NCBI RefSeq assembly: GCF_009914755.1
Contig: NC_060932.1
Strand: one strand, 5' to 3'
Origin: the human T2T-CHM13v2.0 reference genome, Homo sapiens
Length of the DNA stretch: 64,000 nucleotides
The notes below the pieces were generated by a model that ran no database searches, was not told the origin of the DNA, and saw only the letters and a list, made by a program, of their open reading frames with translations. Positions 57,888-64,000 of the stretch are shown here, piece by piece; within the stretch, counting starts at the first letter, position 1; every line of letters begins with the position of its first letter. The translations under genes were made by a program, and so were the position numbers.

Positions 57888-58432
57888 GCAACCCTTTAAT
57901 GTATGCAGTGGCAATGGTTAGGGATTCTATCACCCATCATTGCCAGTATGACACCCACACCCAAGCTAGCGTGTATGTGTGTGTATTCATATCCGTGCTC
58001 ATTTTTAAGTCTTTTAATTCTTTCAATACACTTTTATTATATTTTCCACCTAATTTTTTGTATTTTTAAAATGTTTTACTAGGTACCTCTTATTTTTGAA
58101 CACTATTTTGATATTTTACTTCATTATTAAAATGATTGCTGGTATATAAAAATGTATTGTTTTGCTGTTATTCTTGTTTTTATTGGTTGTTTATCCAATC
58201 ATTTTGCTAAACTTTCTTATTAATCTTAATAATTTGTCTGTAGATTCTTTTAGATTTCCTATATAGAAAATTTTATATTCTGTTACTAATGACTCTTAGG
58301 ATGCTTCCTTTTCAATCTTCCCTTACTGAACAGGTCAGCATCACTGAAATAGAAGTACATGAAATAGAAGTAGAGATGATAAGCACTTTAGTCTTATTCT
58401 GATATTAAAGAAAATATTTTCAATAGTTTTCC

Positions 58433-58739
58433 TTTTTTTATTTTATTTTATTTATTTTATTTTTTTTGAGACAGAGTCTCCCACTGTCACCCAGGCTGGG
58501 GTGTAGCGGCACAATCTCAGCTAACTGCAACCTCTCCATCCCAGTTCAAGCAATTTTTGTGTCTCCGCCTCCTGAGTAGCTGGGATTATAGGCATGTGCC
58601 ATCACGCCCAGCTAATTTTTTGTAGAGATGGGGTTTCACCATGTTGGCGAGGCCAGTCTCAAACTCCTAACCTCAGGTAATCCACTACCTTGGCCTCCCA
58701 AAGTGCTGGGATTACAGGCATGAGCCACCACACCCAGTC
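58433..58739 (-). mobile_element. AluS
   Basis: Dimeric Alu with (TTTTA)n tail; TSD aatagtt(t/c)tcc. Confidence 0.92.
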
Positions 58740-60150
58740 AATAGTTCTCCATTTCTTATCATGTTTGCTGTTGGGATACTTTAGCCTGATTTTTGAAGTT
58801 AATAAAGTTTCTTCCTATATCTAGTTGCTCAGTGTTTATATTGTGAATATATGGTGAATTTTAGCAATACATTTTTCCATTACTACTGAGATGACTTTGT
58901 AGTTTTCCCCTTTAATTTATTAATTGACTTTCTAATGTTAAACTAATCTTAAAAGTCTTTGGGATAAATCCAACTTATCCATGGGGTATTATTCTTTTCA
59001 TGCATTGCTCAATCCAGCTTGCTGATATTTTGTGTAGAATGATTGCCTCTATGTTCGTAAATGCCACTGAACTGTCATTTGTATTTTTTGTACTGTCTTT
59101 GTCAAGTTTTGGTATTAAGAGTATGCTAGACTCATATATTCTACAAGAAATTTTATAAAATTGAGATTATTTGTTCATTGAATGTTTAATAGCGTTTAAC
59201 AGTAAAATTGTCTGGGCCTGATTATTTTTGGTGGGAATACTTCATAGTACTCATTGAGTATCTTTATTGATTATAAAATTATTCATAGTTTCTATTTTTT
59301 CCTGAATCAGTTTGTTGAGTTATATTTTCCTAGAATTTGTCAGTTTCATCTAAATTTTTAAATTGATTGGCATTATTCAAAAGACCTTATTTCCATCTTA
59401 ATAATTGCAGCATCTGTAATCATATCTTTACATTTATAATATTAATTTGTACCTCCTATCTCTGCCATTAAGTTTTCAGTGTGTCAATTTTATTAGTCTT
59501 TTAAAAACACTTTGGCTTTGCTGATCTTTATTACATGTTCATTTTCTGCTTCTATCTTTGTTATTTAATTCCTTCTACTTCCTTTGGGTTTATTTTGCTA
59601 TTCTTTTTCTAACTTCTTAAGAGGAATACCTAGTTCATTAATTTTCTTCCACGATTCTTGTCTGACTATGCCTTAGACTATAAATTTTTCCCCAAATATA
59701 GCTTCAGTGAAAACCTAAAACTTTTCATAAGTAATATTTTCCATTCTATTTCATTCTAAATAGGCTGTAATTCTCCTTGTTATTTCTCCTTTGGCCTTGG
59801 AATGTTTAGAATTATGTCTTCAGGTGTCTAAATAAATAAAATTTTTGTCATATTTTTCTTTTTTATTTTTAGCTTAATTATACTATGATTAGAGAATATG
59901 ACCTATGTGATTAAAATCTTTTAAATGTGTTGAGCCTTGCCTTGTGGACTCATATGTTGTTGATTTTCATAAATGTTTCTTGTGTGCCTCTGAAGTGTGG
60001 GTTTCCTGAAACTGATTGCAGTATTTCATTTATGGAACTGATCTATGATTATATGAAACTTGTTAATTGTGTTATGCAAATTTTATCTATCCTTAGTGGT
60101 TATTTTCTTAGCCTGCTTGTCTTCTTACTAAGGAGATATATTAAAATCTC

Positions 60151-60298
60151 AGCTGGGCACAGTGGCTCACACCCGTAATCCCAGAACTTTGGGAGGCTGA
60201 GGTGGAGGATAGCTTAAGGCCAGGAGTTTGAGACCAACCTGGGATACATAACAAAACCCTACCCCTACAAAAAATTTTAAAAGATAAAAAAAAAAAAA
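60151..60298 (+). mobile_element. Alu monomer (FLAM/AluJ left arm)
   Basis: gctgggcacagtggctcacacccgtaatcccag...ggaggatagcttaaggccaggagtttgagacc plus A tail. Confidence 0.85.
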
Positions 60299-60944
60299 CC
60301 TCTCACTGTGATGCTGGATTTGCCTATTTTTCATTGAAGTTCTGTAAATTTTTACTTTATCTATTTCGAGGCAGCATTTTTAAGGTTTGTATAAACTTTA
60401 TTATTATATCTTTCTATTGAACTTAACCATCTCGAAATGAAGATATTCCTCCACTAGAAATATTTTTCCCTTATGGTTTATTTTGATATTAATAAAGTGA
60501 AACCAGTTATCTCCTAATTAGCATTTGCTCATTGTTCCTTTTGCCTAAGCAGTAAATGAATAAACTACATTTTGTTTCCTATTTGATATGGTCATATTTG
60601 CCTTTTCATTGGAATGTTTAGTTCATTCTCATGGATTATAACTACTGATATATTTGGATTTATTTCTGGCCATTTTAACTCTATCTGCCATAACTCTTAA
60701 CCTCTCTTTTATCTTTTCCATCTCTTTTTCTGTTTCTACATTCTGAATAATTTCTTCTCTTATCTTCCAGTTGACTAATTCTGCTTAGCGGTAACTAATA
60801 AATTGTTAAAAACAATACATATGTTAATTCAATTATAATACTTATAATTTTATGCAGTTCTGTTTTATTCTATTTCAGATTTGCTTGCCTGATCTTTTTT
60901 TGTTATTGTTGTTTTAGTGACATCTTTTTTTTTTAATTAGTGAC

Positions 60945-64000
<3,056 letters not shown>

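Larger units (their letters stand above)
57990..60900 (-). mobile_element. Old degenerate L1 (L1M) ORF2 region, interrupted by Alus
   Basis: T-rich antisense L1 motifs (ttgtctgtagattctt, gggataaatccaactt, tttggtattaag, gtaaaattgtctgggcctg). Confidence 0.7.

Overview
Human (hominoid) genomic DNA, recognisable as the TSPYL5 locus (8q22.1 from recall). The only host protein-coding gene is the intronless TSPYL5 on the minus strand: CDS 8356-9609, 417 aa, NAP/SET-family domain, perfect GCCGCCACCATG Kozak, CpG-island promoter, and a probable ~3.1 kb 3'UTR ending near an AATAAA at 5271-5276. The remainder is repeat-rich intergenic sequence. It includes a full-length L1PA2-type LINE-1 (27350-33411) with an 18-bp TSD, intact ORF1 and antisense ORF0, and an ORF2 carrying two nonsense codons. 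Also present are two truncated L1PA6/7 copies, old L1M, about 15 Alus (one near-consensus AluY), MaLR/ERVL solo LTRs, hAT and mariner DNA-transposon fossils, MIR/L2 and microsatellites. I found no convincing new multi-gene system. The best leads are: (i) the L1 antisense promoter/ORF0, with a locus-specific new splice donor, oriented toward TSPYL5; (ii) possible non-canonical translation around the TSPYL5 start (in-frame CTG, and an upstream ORF ending in an ATGA overlap); (iii) a local templated duplication of a microsatellite with its unique flanks (50750-50879 / 51620-51805). Repeat subfamily names come from recalled consensus sequences and should be confirmed with RepeatMasker/Dfam. Boundaries of old repeats are approximate.
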